Source: Actinomycetota bacterium
GTDB taxonomy: Bacteria > Actinomycetota > Actinomycetes > Mycobacteriales > JACQDL01
NCBI GenBank assembly: GCA_016201065.1
Contig: JACQDL010000039.1
Span: 1,870 to 65,869 of the forward strand
DNA: 64,000 nt
Direction of reading: 5' to 3'
Numbering within the stretch: position 1 is the first letter of the stretch; each line of letters opens with the position of its first letter. The notes beneath the pieces are model-generated. The model was not told the origin of the DNA, did no database searches, and worked only from the letters and a program-made list of their open reading frames with translations. The position numbers and the translations under genes were made by a program. Below are positions 40,975 to 51,665 of this stretch, piece after piece.

Positions 40975-42537
40975 TCAGCACGCTCCGGTCCCGCGCAGCA
41001 CGGCGCCGACGGTCCGCAGCATGATCGCGAGGTCGAGGCTGATCGTCCAGTTCTCGACGTAGTACAGGTCGAGCCGGACGGTGTCCTCCCAGGCCAGCTG
41101 CGACCGGCCGGCGACCTGCCACAGGCCGGTGATCCCGGGGCGCACCCGCAGCCGGCGCCGGACGTCTCCGACGAAGTCGGAGTCCTTGACCGGCAGGGGC
41201 CGCGGCCCGACCAGCGACATGTGGCCGAGCAGGACGTTCAGCAGCTGCGGCAGCTCGTCGAGGGATGTCCGGCGGAGGAACCGCCCCAGTGGGGTGACCC
41301 GTGGATCGTCCGCGATCTTGAAGAGCAGCCCGTCGGTCTCGTTGCGGGGGCGCAGCGCGGCCAGCCGGCCTTCCGCGTCGGCGTACATCGTGCGGAACTT
41401 GAAGACCCGGAACTCCTGGCCGTCGCGGCCGATCCGCACCTGCCGGAACATCGCCGGTCCCGGGCTGGTCATCCGGATGCTGGCGGCGGTCACGACGAAG
41501 ACCGGTGCGAGCAGACCGAGCAGTGCCACCGCGCCGACCCGGTCGACGAGCTGCTTGGCGAGCCACCGGGCACCGGAGAGCTCGGGCTGGTCCACGTGCA
41601 GCAGCGGCAGGCCGGCCACCGGCCGGACCGACACCCGTGGCCCCGCGACGTCGGTGATCGACGGCGCGACCACGAGGTCGATCCCGGAACCCTCCAGTGC
41701 CCAGGCGATCCGCCGGACGGCCTCGGCCGGGGCGGCCGAGCTGGCGGCGATCGCGACGGTGTCGACGCCACTCGCCAGGGCGACATCGGCGGCGTCCGCG
41801 ACGGTGCCGAGCACCGGAAGCTCGTCGTCGAGCGGCGACGTCGGTGTCGGTGTCGGTGTCGGTTGGTCCGGCAGGCAGGTACCGACCACGGTGAACCCGG
41901 CGGCGTGTTCCCGGTGCAGCTGCCGGGCCAGCGTGTACGCCGACGTGCGATCGCCGACAACCAGCACCCGATGCATCGACCGGCCGCGGGCGCGGCCGGT
42001 GACGAGCCAGTGCCGCGCGAGCACGCGGCAGCCGAGCAGCAGCACGAGCCCGCTCGGGATGGCCAGCAGGACGAACCCACGGGCCACATCGACCTTCGCC
42101 GCGTAGCAGGCGACGGCGGTGATCGACCAGGTCCGGAAGGTGCCGTTGGTGATCCGCTTGTACTCCTCCGCTCCGGTACCCAGGAAGCGGACGCGGTACG
42201 CCCCGGCGCCGACGAGCGCGGCGATCCAGCCGGCTCCGACCAACGCGCCCACGAACACATATGGCACGCCGCCGACGCGGAGGTCGCGTACCACGCCGAA
42301 CCGCGCGAAATATCCACCGCACAGCGCCACCGTGACGGCGACAACGTCGAGGCAGGCCATGCGGGCAATGCACCATCTTTGCCATGAGTCGTCCCGTGCG
42401 GCGAACCGTCGGCCGGGCGGGCCGTCCGCGGATCTGGTCGGGGCCGGGATTCCCGCGACGATCCGGGATCCGGAAGCAATAGCGCGCCGCCCCATGATTC
42501 CCCCGGATTCGTCGCGGACAAGGCTGTATTCCGTCAA
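40975..42537 (-). CDS. polyprenyl-phosphate sugar phosphotransferase (WbaP/CpsE-type priming glycosyltransferase)
   Basis: ORF 40975..42537. The start may be the internal ATG at about 42495. The C-terminal bacterial sugar transferase domain is present: FRQVRIGRDGQEFRVFKFRTM...DELPQLLNVLLGHMSLVGPRPL...PGITGLWQV. Confidence 0.88.
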   Translation of the reverse strand: MTEYSLVRDESGGIMGRRAIASGSRIVAGIPAPTRSADGPPGRRFAARDDSWQRWCIARMACLDVVAVTVALCGGYFARFGVVRDLRVGGVPYVFVGALVGAGWIAALVGAGAYRVRFLGTGAEEYKRITNGTFRTWSITAVACYAAKVDVARGFVLLAIPSGLVLLLGCRVLARHWLVTGRARGRSMHRVLVVGDRTSAYTLARQLHREHAAGFTVVGTCLPDQPTPTPTPTSPLDDELPVLGTVADAADVALASGVDTVAIAASSAAPAEAVRRIAWALEGSGIDLVVAPSITDVAGPRVSVRPVAGLPLLHVDQPELSGARWLAKQLVDRVGAVALLGLLAPVFVVTAASIRMTSPGPAMFRQVRIGRDGQEFRVFKFRTMYADAEGRLAALRPRNETDGLLFKIADDPRVTPLGRFLRRTSLDELPQLLNVLLGHMSLVGPRPLPVKDSDFVGDVRRRLRVRPGITGLWQVAGRSQLAWEDTVRLDLYYVENWTISLDLAIMLRTVGAVLRGTGAC

Positions 42538-42709
42538 GCGAGACCAACGCTGCCATCGCGGAACCCGTCCGACTTAGGTGATCCGCCGCATACGACCATG
42601 AGATGTATAGCACTTCGGGACGAGCATGCGCTACTCTCCGCGTTCGTTGGGCACCAAGCGTAGTCGGGAGCGGTGTGCGCCAGGCAACTTTGCGTATCTT
42701 GGGGGATGA

Positions 42710-43684
42710 ATGGGACGACGTGTGGTCGTCACGGGAGGAGCGGGATTCCTCGGCTCACACCTGTGTGAGCGGTTGATTTCCGATGGTGCAGACGTGATCT
42801 GTCTCGATAACCTCAGCACCGGCCACCCGGCCAATGTCGCACACCTGCGCGAATCGCCGCGGTTCAGGCTGCTCCGGACCGATGTCACCGACTTCATCCA
42901 TGTCCCCGGTCCGGTCGATGCGGTCCTGCACTTCGCATCGCCGGCCTCGCCGGTCGACTACCTGCGGCATCCGATCGCCACGATGAAGGTCGGCTCGATC
43001 GGCACGCTCCACGCACTCGGCCTGGCCCGCGAGAAGAACGCCCGATTCCTCCTCGCGTCGACGTCGGAGACGTATGGCGACCCACAGGTCCATCCGCAGC
43101 CGGAGTCGTACTGGGGGCACGTCAACCCGATCGGGCCGCGCAGCGTGTATGACGAGGCGAAGCGTTTCGCCGAGGCACTCACGATGGCCTACCGCCGGAC
43201 CCACGGTGTCGACACCGCGATCGTGCGCATATTCAACACATTCGGTCCGCGGATGCGGTCACACGACGGCCGGGCCGTGCCGACGTTCATCCGGCAGGCG
43301 CTCGCGGGCGAGCCGATCACGGTCAGCGGGGATGGTTCACAGACCCGCTCGATCTGCTACGTCGACGATCTCGTCGAAGGCGTCATGCGGCTCCTGGACT
43401 CCGACCTGGTCGGGCCGGTGAACATCGGCAACCCGCACGAGGTGACGATGCTAGAGCTCGCGGAGTGGGTGCGCACGCTCGCCTCGTCGGACTCGCCGAT
43501 CCGGTTCGTTCCCCGTCCCGAGGATGACCCGATGATCCGGCGCCCCGACATCTCCCTCGGGCAACGCGAACTCAAATGGGAGCCCACAGTCCCCGTTGCC
43601 GTCGGACTCGGTCACACCATTTCCTGGTTCCGGTCCACACCGGAGCACGTGACGGCGCCCGAACCACGCCTGGCGACGGTGTAG
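42710..43684 (+). CDS. UDP-glucuronate decarboxylase (UDP-xylose synthase), SDR family
   Basis: ORF 42710..43684. Carries [33 protein letters not shown] and [10 protein letters not shown], the UXS signature set. Confidence 0.9.
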   Translation: MGRRVVVTGGAGFLGSHLCERLISDGADVICLDNLSTGHPANVAHLRESPRFRLLRTDVTDFIHVPGPVDAVLHFASPASPVDYLRHPIATMKVGSIGTLHALGLAREKNARFLLASTSETYGDPQVHPQPESYWGHVNPIGPRSVYDEAKRFAEALTMAYRRTHGVDTAIVRIFNTFGPRMRSHDGRAVPTFIRQALAGEPITVSGDGSQTRSICYVDDLVEGVMRLLDSDLVGPVNIGNPHEVTMLELAEWVRTLASSDSPIRFVPRPEDDPMIRRPDISLGQRELKWEPTVPVAVGLGHTISWFRSTPEHVTAPEPRLATV

Positions 43685-43691
43685 GGGCCCG

Positions 43692-44495
43692 ATGAACCAC
43701 CATTCCGCACCGCACCTCACCGTCGTCCCGTGCGCCGGAGTCCCGATCACCGCGTGCCGGCGCACCGAAGCCGCCCGAGAGCTCGTGCGGATCGCCACCA
43801 CCGCACCGGAAGCGGGAATGGACGTCCACCTCTGCAACGCGTACACCCTCGCCCTGGCCGACCGTGATCCGGCCCTGCACAGCATGCTGCGGCAGGCCGA
43901 CTTCAACTTTCCCGACGGCATGTCCGTGGTGTGGGCCAACAGGCTCCTGCACCGGGCCGCGCGGCTTCCGCGCGAGCGGGTCTACGGGCCGGATCTCTTC
44001 CTCGACGTGTTCGACCTCGGGCAGGAGGTCGAGCTACGCCACTACCTCCTCGGTGGCGCACCCGAGGTGCTCGCCAGGCTCCGTGCCGAACTGCTGCGCC
44101 GCTTCCCGGTGGCCGACGTCGTCGGCGCGGAGTCCCCGCCGTTCCGCGAGCTCACCCGGCAGGAGGCCGACGAGCAACTGGAGCGGATCGCCGCCTCGGG
44201 CGCCCAGATCGTCTGGCTCGGCCTCGGTACACCCAAACAGGACTGGGCGGCGGCTGATCTCGCCAGCCGGCACCCAGCCGTGTTCGTCGCGGTCGGCGCA
44301 GCGTTCGACTTCGTCGCAGGAACCAAGCGCCAGGCGCCCCGATGGATGCAGCGCAGTGGCCTCGAATGGCTCTTCCGCCTGGCAACCGAACCACGCCGCC
44401 TCTGGCGGCGCTACCTGTTCGGGAACATCAGATTCATCATCGCTGCCACTACCAGGGCGGACACCAACCACCGAACTGCTGCGAGGGGCCGATAG
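43692..44495 (+). CDS. WecB/TagA/CpsF-family glycosyltransferase
   Basis: ORF 43692..44495. Carries NFPDGMSVVWA, YLLGGAP, VWLGLGTPKQDWA and LEWLFRLATEPRRLWRRY. Confidence 0.88.
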   Translation: MNHHSAPHLTVVPCAGVPITACRRTEAARELVRIATTAPEAGMDVHLCNAYTLALADRDPALHSMLRQADFNFPDGMSVVWANRLLHRAARLPRERVYGPDLFLDVFDLGQEVELRHYLLGGAPEVLARLRAELLRRFPVADVVGAESPPFRELTRQEADEQLERIAASGAQIVWLGLGTPKQDWAAADLASRHPAVFVAVGAAFDFVAGTKRQAPRWMQRSGLEWLFRLATEPRRLWRRYLFGNIRFIIAATTRADTNHRTAARGR

Positions 44496-44668
44496 TTCTG
44501 GCCGGCCGCACGTCTCCCGAACTACACTGACCCCACTATTGGGTCCAGCGGCTAGCGTTCCCACTGGTCGACGATCCGAAAGCGCCACACCTCTCCAACA
44601 TCGATCGCTATCCCGAACGGTCAACGCTCCATAACACCTGACTGTTACTCGAGAATCGACGAATATCT

Positions 44669-45856
44669 ATGCGGACGTTGGTAGTTCACAACAAGTATCG
44701 GTCAGCGCTCCCATCAGGCGAAAACGTCGTGGTCGCCGACGAATGCCGGCGCCTTCGCGCTCACGGAATTGATGTACATGAACTGATACTCAATTCGGAT
44801 GACATCGCAAAGAATGGCATCGCCTCAAGGCTTGGCATTGCAGCGGGACCCGTATACAACATTGATGGCGTACGTCGATTCCGCACCATGGTTCGCGCCA
44901 TCAACCCGGATATCGTGCATCTACACAACGTGTTTCCGATGATCTCACCTTGGGTCATAAAGGTGGCGCGGTCTGCGAGAATTCCGATTGCACACACGGT
45001 TCACAACTATCGACACACCTGTATATCCGGCTTGCATACGCGCAAGGACCTGATCTGCGATTCGTGTCACGGGAAGAGATTTCCCGCTCCCGCGATAATA
45101 CACGGATGCTACAGAAATTCGCGAGTACAGTCGCTTGCGATGTCAATCGGTCAGACTATCCACTGGTCAACATGGCAGGAAGTCGATACGGTGTTGGTCG
45201 CACATGACTTCCTGCGTCACAAACTTGCGGCAACCGGCATAGACCCTTCTCGTGTGCGAGTACTTCCGAACACCGCGCCAGATCCGGGAGATCCGTGCGA
45301 GCCTGGCAAGAATGTACTCTTTGTCGGGCGCCTTGAATCAGCCAAGGGCTGCGACCTTCTGCTCGATTCCTGGCACGAAGTCAACGCGCTGACTGGTGCG
45401 ACACTACGAATAGTTGGAGACGGACCAATGCGCGCCGCAGTAGCCAGCGCCTCCGAAAGGAACCCGACGATCGAGTATATCGGCCGCCTTGGACAAGAGC
45501 AGATGGGGGCAGAATACGCATCGGCCGCCGTTGTTGTTCTGCCATCTCGAGCTTACGAGGGTCAGCCTAGGGTGTTGGTCGAGGCGTTCTCGTACGGTCG
45601 GCCCGCGATCGTCCCAGACTATGGCGGTATCGCGGCCTCAGTCACTGACGAAACGGCTTGGAAATGCGAGAATACGGTTGAGGCGTGGGGCGCGAAGCTC
45701 GTAGAGGTCCTTTCCGATCGCTGTTTACTGGAGCAGAAAGCGAATGCGGCGCGCCGCCGATATCTTACCTATCATGAGCCGAGTCGCAATACCGCCACGC
45801 TTGTCAAAGCGTACCGCGAAACAATTAGCAGAGCGGCACGAGAAGTGAACAAATAG
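44669..45856 (+). CDS. glycosyltransferase family 4 (GT-B, group 1)
   Basis: ORF 44669..45856. Carries FVGRLESAKG, VLPSRAYEGQPRVLVEAFSYGRPAIV (EX7E region). Lower GC than the core genome. Confidence 0.85.
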   Translation: MRTLVVHNKYRSALPSGENVVVADECRRLRAHGIDVHELILNSDDIAKNGIASRLGIAAGPVYNIDGVRRFRTMVRAINPDIVHLHNVFPMISPWVIKVARSARIPIAHTVHNYRHTCISGLHTRKDLICDSCHGKRFPAPAIIHGCYRNSRVQSLAMSIGQTIHWSTWQEVDTVLVAHDFLRHKLAATGIDPSRVRVLPNTAPDPGDPCEPGKNVLFVGRLESAKGCDLLLDSWHEVNALTGATLRIVGDGPMRAAVASASERNPTIEYIGRLGQEQMGAEYASAAVVVLPSRAYEGQPRVLVEAFSYGRPAIVPDYGGIAASVTDETAWKCENTVEAWGAKLVEVLSDRCLLEQKANAARRRYLTYHEPSRNTATLVKAYRETISRAAREVNK

Positions 45857-45989
45857 AGGCTCGCCGGAAACCCCAACGACGAGGTACGAGTTGCGCGTCG
45901 CACCGTGAACAGACACTCGCCGACACCCAACCTCCGCAACCAGTCCAGCAGAGACTGGTCGCCCGCCCCTTCCGCGACACTAGGACATG

Positions 45990-46285
45990 ATCGCCAGGTG
46001 GCCGGCGGACATGATCCTCCGGTTCACCACCGACCTGGCCGACGGGTTCACCGCGCCAACCAGGCCGAACGCAACATCCGCCCCGTCAAGGTCGAGCAGC
46101 GCACCTCCGGCGGCATCTGGCGCACCCTCAACGGCCTCGCGACCGTCCAGTCACACCTGTACACCACCACCAGATGGGGCATCCATCAGCTCGACGCCCG
46201 CACCCAGCTCTTCGCCACCGGGCCCTGGCCACCACCCGCCACCGCACAGCCGCAACTCAGGCCGCATACTGAGGAGAATCTATAG
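45990..46285 (+). mobile_element. IS66-family transposase remnant (C-terminal ~95 codons, frameshifted)
   Basis: Frame of ORF 45987 gives DMILRFTTDLADGFT. It then shifts to the frame of ORF 45905, giving ANQAERNIRPVKVEQRTSGGIWRTLNGLATVQSHLYTTTRWGIHQLDARTQLFATGPWPPPA. This matches the FTNNxAERdIRp.Kv..K.SG..RT......irSYl.T..K.g......l..lF.g.PW C-terminal pattern. No N-terminal part and no inverted repeats were found. Confidence 0.6.
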
Positions 46286-46369
46286 TTCTGGACCGCAGCG
46301 CATGTCCCTGAGCTGGCCAGACGCAATTTTTCAGGTCCAGAAACCACCGTTCCCATTGGTAGCTACCGA

Positions 46370-47326
46370 TCAAGCACCATGAGACCGAAATTCGCTGTGG
46401 CGCACGCCTCGCCGTACCGCACCAACCAGACCGCGACCAGACCGCACGAATGACCTACCAGAACCGTGACCAAGACCTACGATCGAAACTAGCCTCTCGC
46501 AATTCGCGGCAGCATCGCAGCTGCGAAACCAGGACAGATCACAGCCGGCGAAGGATGCAGCCTCGCACTCACGCAGGTACGAACCGTCCCGGATCTTGAG
46601 AATCCCGTGCATGACCGTACCCGCTACAGTACCGGCCCGGGAGAGCCTAATCCCATGCCGCGACGCGATCCGGGTCCATTCAGCGGTATCACCCTCCGCA
46701 AGCACCACGCTCTCTTGCCGTTCGTGCCGGCGATAGGTGCCAAGCGGGACTGAAGTATACCCAAACCGAGCACTCATCCGGTGTAACGTGAGAAATAGGT
46801 CCCAGTCCATGAGCTTGCGAGTCAATGGGTCAAACCCACATCTCGCCAGGATCTCGCGTCGAACAAACATCGCGCTGGGAGCAACGTGGGGCCCAAAGCG
46901 CCGCAGCACGGTGTGGCTCATCCGATGCTGACCGACAAGACGCAGCAGCTGGCCGCGCTGATCTACGAGAGCGTGGTCGCCAAAGACGACATCAACCTCC
47001 GGAGAACCCTGAATGTAGCGATCGACAAGCGACAGCGTGTCGGGAAGATAGAAGTCATCCGCATTGAGCCACCCAATCCACTCACCCGATGCCATACCTA
47101 GGCATCTGTTCAAGGTCCGCGCCAATCCCTCATTTGCCGTCCGAAGATCCAAGACAAGATCATCGCGCCTCGCAAGAAGGATATCGATCGCTGCCTGCTC
47201 CCCGGATGCGTCGTCAACCACTACATGCTCGACGGCGCCGCCGAAGCTCTGCGCCCGAACGCTTTCAAGGGTGTCCGTCAAGTACTCAGAGTAGTTGTAC
47301 GACGGAGTGATGATTGAAAACCGCAT
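46370..47326 (-). CDS. glycosyltransferase family 2
   Basis: ORF 46370..47377 trimmed to ATG 47326 (MRFSIITPSYNYSEYLTDTLESVRAQS...VVVDDASGE...WLNADDFY). Confidence 0.85.
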   Translation of the reverse strand: MRFSIITPSYNYSEYLTDTLESVRAQSFGGAVEHVVVDDASGEQAAIDILLARRDDLVLDLRTANEGLARTLNRCLGMASGEWIGWLNADDFYLPDTLSLVDRYIQGSPEVDVVFGDHALVDQRGQLLRLVGQHRMSHTVLRRFGPHVAPSAMFVRREILARCGFDPLTRKLMDWDLFLTLHRMSARFGYTSVPLGTYRRHERQESVVLAEGDTAEWTRIASRHGIRLSRAGTVAGTVMHGILKIRDGSYLRECEAASFAGCDLSWFRSCDAAANCERLVSIVGLGHGSGRSFVRSGRGLVGAVRRGVRHSEFRSHGA

Positions 47327-47476
47327 GCGAAACGCCCCCAGATCAAGTTTCCATTCACTGCCGATGCCATACCGCACGGTCGACCGCCACCAGGCCAGGC
47401 GAGCCTGATCGTCAAGAATGCACTGACGGTCCGCGGCCGCTCAGTATCGACCCGGACAAAAAATGCGCCACCATTC

Positions 47477-48712
47477 CTAGTCTCCACGCCCTAGTGAGCG
47501 GGTCGCCGCGAGCAGCCAAGTCGTCGACTGCAACACCATCCCGACCGCAGCGCCAGCGATCCCGATCTGGCCGGCGAGAACCACAACGGCTACCATACCA
47601 ATGACGCTGCAACTGAGCTGCGTCGTGAATAACGATCTCCCAGCATTCTTGGCACGCAGGCCAGCCCCGACCGGTATTCCCGCAGCTTGCAGCAGGTAAG
47701 CAAGCGCCAACATGTCAAGCATGTCCGCGAAACGGATGTAGTCAGGGCCAAATACGACGCCCACCAATGGCTTGCCGAAAACAACGATGAAACCGCCCAC
47801 AACGATAGTGATCAGCGAAAGCTGTATCGAGGAGGCCGCTACGGACCTGAGAAACTTCGCTCGAAGATGCCTTATCGCGGCAAGTCTTGGAGCGAGGACC
47901 GGAATCATTGCCGCTAGTATCAAGCCAATGGGTTGGAGCAGCGTTGACATCGCACGGAGTCCGCCGACATCGTCGAATCCGGTAATGCCGGCCAACGCAA
48001 AGATCGTGGCTTGGCTGACCAAGTTCACACCTGCGACCTGCGCCGCGGACCACAGCGAGTACCCCCTCAGTTCCTCGAACCAATGTCTGATCCTTCCAAG
48101 CGTGCCTACTCGGAGACGCGGTATGACCGCGACTGTGCCGAATAAAGCTCCCAGACCCCAGAGCAGCACAACGATCTCGGCACTGGGAACAAGCACGCCA
48201 TAGTGGAATGCGGCGAAGGCGAGCACTTGCTCGATAAGCCACACAGAATCGCTGACAACCGCAACGTGGGCACGTTTCCTCGTCATCGCGACGTAGCGTA
48301 GAAAGTCCTGGAAGACGATCGCCGCTCCCCCGAATGCCAGCGCAAGCAACAGTCCAGAGTAGGGGAGGACCCGACTCAATGCCGCGCACGTCGCAGCTGT
48401 CGCGAGAGATAGAAGGACCGCGAGCTTCGTCCCTGCGGCCTCGAGCTGCATCCTTCGTTCCGCCGATACCACCAATACTAGTAGTGGCTCCCCAATAGCA
48501 GCTCGCTGCACCGCCACGAAGACAAAGATCAAAGCCGTGCCTGCCGCCACCTTTCCGAATGTCTCCGGCGCGAGAAAATGCGCGGCCGTCAACGTCATGA
48601 CGAGGTTACTCGCAGAAGAAAGCGCCTGATCCAGGATGGTATTGAGCGTCTGCCGACCGGACAGCAGCCCGGCATCGCCCGTGGCGCTGTCCCGGATCCT
48701 GGGGAGATTCAC
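47477..48712 (-). CDS. polysaccharide flippase (Wzx-like, MOP superfamily)
   Basis: ORF 47477..48712. About 12 TM helices. The N-terminal region ILDQALSSASNLVMTLTAAHFLAPETFG is typical of oligosaccharide flippases. 4-nt overlap with the upstream gene. Confidence 0.7.
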   Translation of the reverse strand: MNLPRIRDSATGDAGLLSGRQTLNTILDQALSSASNLVMTLTAAHFLAPETFGKVAAGTALIFVFVAVQRAAIGEPLLVLVVSAERRMQLEAAGTKLAVLLSLATAATCAALSRVLPYSGLLLALAFGGAAIVFQDFLRYVAMTRKRAHVAVVSDSVWLIEQVLAFAAFHYGVLVPSAEIVVLLWGLGALFGTVAVIPRLRVGTLGRIRHWFEELRGYSLWSAAQVAGVNLVSQATIFALAGITGFDDVGGLRAMSTLLQPIGLILAAMIPVLAPRLAAIRHLRAKFLRSVAASSIQLSLITIVVGGFIVVFGKPLVGVVFGPDYIRFADMLDMLALAYLLQAAGIPVGAGLRAKNAGRSLFTTQLSCSVIGMVAVVVLAGQIGIAGAAVGMVLQSTTWLLAATRSLGRGD

Positions 48713-50199
48713 ATCGGACGCCCCGTACTCCCGCTCGTAACAGTTACTCTGCCACGCGCCGATGTCGAGGCGCCTGACAGCCAGCTCACGAGAACAAGCA
48801 GCGCGAAGAGAAAGCCTGGAATCGCGAACGATTCGCTCACCAAGGATACTGCAAGCAGGAAGACGGCACAGGCCACGACTAGCCCGCGCAACTCTGACGG
48901 AGGTCCACCATCCCGCCGGAGTAGCCTTTGCGTGAGCAAGAGAAATGTACCGATCATAGCCAGTAACGCTGGAATACCGACATCAACGAGAAGCTCGACC
49001 CACGCGTTGTGGCCGCTTCCCGCCCACTTGTAGGTCGGGTAGACAAGCACCCGAATTGAAGCGTATCCGACCCCGAAGATCCAGTCCTGCCATCCGCCGA
49101 GCTGGTCTAGGGCAAATGTCCACACCGGCACTCTTCCGTCGAGCTCTCCGAGATCCCTCGTAGCCTCGCCTCGTACGGCGAATGCCATGACGCCATCTCG
49201 ATCCACCAGCCACAAGAATGCCGCTGCGGCCGCTGCAAGGAGCGACAACGCGGTACGCGGAGGTCGGAGCGAGCGTTCACATACGACACTGCCAACGAGT
49301 ATTGCGACAAGAGCACCTACTATCGCACTCCGGGTGTGGTTGAAGTACAAGGCCGCGCACATGATGCCAGCCGAAATCGGACGCTCGTAGCGGACGCTGC
49401 TCGTACGAACACGTGGCACGAAGTACATGAGCATGAGGGATACCGAGAAGAGGTTCGCGGATAGCCCCGGGTGCGCGCCCGGCCACGTGAAACGGTTATC
49501 AGGATAGTTTCCAACAAGCGACCCCCATAGGACGAAGATCACGGCGATACGTGGCATCGCAGTTGCGAGGGTGCCGACGAATTGTTGGAGTCGCCGCGGC
49601 CGGTCGACGATTCTCGCGGTTGCCGCCACCAAGAATAGCGGAACGGCCAACTGGATCGCCCGAACTACGCTCAGCGCGACGATCGCAGATCGCGGAGCCG
49701 TTGCGACCGCCCAGATCGGCACAAATGCTAACGTCCACTCGACGTAGGACCGTCGCCCGCCAGCGCTCCACATTCTCGCAGCGGCAAGTCCTACCAGAGC
49801 ATAGGCGGTAACTTCGATCAGGTTGTCAATTGAGTATCCGGAACTCCTGGCGGACGCAAGAGCGAGTGGGTCTCGCGCGAAGTAGCGTTGGTTCGACACG
49901 AGAAAGAGTAAGATCCACGCCGCCGGCAGATAGCGTCTGGTTGCATGTTCGGCTGATACTGGTCGAAGGACGCCGAAACGAAACGTCAATGCCAATCCCG
50001 CTAGATAGAGAACTAGGCCAGGAGCAATTATGGCTAGGAATCCGAGTGGTCCAATTGACCATCCAAAGGCTGCAGCTGCTATGGCGGCCGGGATAGCCCA
50101 CAGCCAGACATCTCGTCCTTGCTTCAGCGTTCCAGTGCCGAGCCTTCCCTTCATGAAGGCGTCCCTTTCCTTAGCCGCAGCTCGAACCACATCCACCAT
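48709..50199 (-). CDS. O-antigen ligase/polymerase-family membrane protein (Wzy-like)
   Basis: ORF 48709..50199. Polytopic, and carries the Wzy_C-like segment YFNHTRSAIVGALVAILVG ... GSGHNAWVELLVDVGIPALL. Confidence 0.7.
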   Translation of the reverse strand: MVDVVRAAAKERDAFMKGRLGTGTLKQGRDVWLWAIPAAIAAAAFGWSIGPLGFLAIIAPGLVLYLAGLALTFRFGVLRPVSAEHATRRYLPAAWILLFLVSNQRYFARDPLALASARSSGYSIDNLIEVTAYALVGLAAARMWSAGGRRSYVEWTLAFVPIWAVATAPRSAIVALSVVRAIQLAVPLFLVAATARIVDRPRRLQQFVGTLATAMPRIAVIFVLWGSLVGNYPDNRFTWPGAHPGLSANLFSVSLMLMYFVPRVRTSSVRYERPISAGIMCAALYFNHTRSAIVGALVAILVGSVVCERSLRPPRTALSLLAAAAAAFLWLVDRDGVMAFAVRGEATRDLGELDGRVPVWTFALDQLGGWQDWIFGVGYASIRVLVYPTYKWAGSGHNAWVELLVDVGIPALLAMIGTFLLLTQRLLRRDGGPPSELRGLVVACAVFLLAVSLVSESFAIPGFLFALLVLVSWLSGASTSARGRVTVTSGSTGRPM

Positions 50200-50387
50200 G
50201 TGTCCAAGCTCACCCCTATCAGCAGTTCAGGATGCGCCGAGACCGCTTGTGGTCGACCCGGCGCCGCATTGGGAATCGGTGGTGCGGTCATCTTCGGCAA
50301 ATTCACTCGTGCCGACCTGCCGGCACTCGGACACGACGTCGGCGCGTGCCGGACGCACGCATCGAATGACGCATGGCGATAACGTAT

Positions 50388-50419
50388 CGTTCGGTGCCGA
50401 TCGCGACTGGCACCGAACG
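50388..50419 (-). terminator. hairpin downstream of gmd (11-bp perfect stem, 10-nt loop)
   Basis: cgttcggtgcc (50388-50398) and ggcaccgaacg (50409-50419), about 120 nt past the gmd stop and upstream of the wzy-like start. Confidence 0.4.
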
Positions 50420-50537
50420 GGTTGGCCTCACGTGCCCATTCGCCTGTCGTGACACGTGACCGACGCGAGCGCTCCCGTATCGCGCCCGTTCCTGCGTTGA
50501 GTCGCGGCTGGTGCTGAACGTCAGGACGACGACTTTC

Positions 50538-51515
50538 TCAGCAAGGTTCTCTTAGATCGCTTTCGACCATTATCCGTGCCAGCCCACGGCCGTAGATCTG
50601 AGCTGACCAGCCAAACTCGTGACCAGCCTTCGACGCATCGCCTATGAGCGCGTCGACCTCGGTCGGCCGGTCGTATCGAGGGTCATGACGGACATACTTT
50701 CTGTAGTCGAGGTTCACGCACCCAAATGCGAAGTCCAGGAAGTCCCTTACAGTGTACGCAGTTCCGGTGGCGATGACGTAGTCGGTTGGCTGGTCATCTT
50801 GGAGCATCAGCCACATCGCCTCAACGTACTCGGGAGCGTAACCCCAGTCGCGGACCGCGTCGAGGCTTCCCAGGTAGAGATGATCCTGTTTTCCTGCGGC
50901 AATGTTGGCAACGGCCTTCGAGATCTTGCGGGTCACGAATGTCTCTCCGCGCCGCGGACTTTCGTGATTGAACAAGATCCCGTTGACGGCAAACATGTCG
51001 TACGCCTCACGGTAGTTGCGTGTCATCCAGTAGGCGTAGACCTTGGCGGCACCGTACGGACTGCGTGGCCAGAACGAGGTTTCCTCGTTCTGCGGCGGCG
51101 GCGTTGCGCCGAACATCTCCGAGCTGCTCGCCTGGTAGTAGCGGCAAGTGAGGCCGATCATACGAATTGCTTCGAGCAGCCGCGTCGTGCCCATGCCCGT
51201 TGCCAGTCCCGTGAACTCGGGTTCGTCAAACGAGACCCGCACGTGACTCTGCGCGGCAAGGTTGTACACCTCGTCCGGCTGGACCTTCTCCAGCAGGGTC
51301 ACGAGGCGTGATCCATCGGTAAGGTCACCGTAGTGCAGAAAGAGCCGGGCTGCCGGATCGTGCGGGTCCTGGTAAAGATGGTCGATTCGGCCGGTATTGA
51401 AGCTCGATGAACGCCTGACGACGCCGTGCACGGTGTAGCCCTTTTCTAGCAGAAGTTCCGCCAAATATGAGCCGTCTTGACCCGTGATTCCGGTAATCAG
51501 CGCGGTCCTGGACAT
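50538..51515 (-). CDS. gmd: GDP-mannose 4,6-dehydratase
   Basis: ORF 50538..51515. Carries [31 protein letters not shown]...YNLAAQSHV...[12 protein letters not shown]...[17 protein letters not shown]. Confidence 0.95.
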   Translation of the reverse strand: MSRTALITGITGQDGSYLAELLLEKGYTVHGVVRRSSSFNTGRIDHLYQDPHDPAARLFLHYGDLTDGSRLVTLLEKVQPDEVYNLAAQSHVRVSFDEPEFTGLATGMGTTRLLEAIRMIGLTCRYYQASSSEMFGATPPPQNEETSFWPRSPYGAAKVYAYWMTRNYREAYDMFAVNGILFNHESPRRGETFVTRKISKAVANIAAGKQDHLYLGSLDAVRDWGYAPEYVEAMWLMLQDDQPTDYVIATGTAYTVRDFLDFAFGCVNLDYRKYVRHDPRYDRPTEVDALIGDASKAGHEFGWSAQIYGRGLARIMVESDLREPC

Positions 51516-51665
51516 GATCCCCTCACGAGTTGAGCCGGCCTGACCGTTACCCGATGGCTTCGGCTGAACACAGAGGGTAGTAGGTTGGTGGCCGGAACGC
51601 CACTGCCTCGATGGGGCATGAATGGATGGCTCGAAGCGTCCGAAATTGTCGGCTGGGAGTATTAC

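Noticed and set aside
39938-42613. 891-aa ORF spanning the EamA transporter and the antisense or other-frame sequence of the sugar transferase region
   Set aside because: Only the last ~320 aa look like a real protein (a polytopic DMT transporter). The N-terminal 570 aa are Arg/Pro/Gly-rich, typical of stop-free off-frames in high-GC DNA, and they overlap the well-supported transferase ORF 40975..42537 in another frame.
50200-50537. ORFs 50030..50452 and 50119..50382 in the gap between the wzy-like gene and gmd, considered as the missing GDP-sugar reductase
   Set aside because: They are too short, have Ser/Pro/Ala-rich non-enzymatic composition and lack a Rossmann motif. The interval more plausibly holds the gmd terminator hairpin and the wzy-like promoter.
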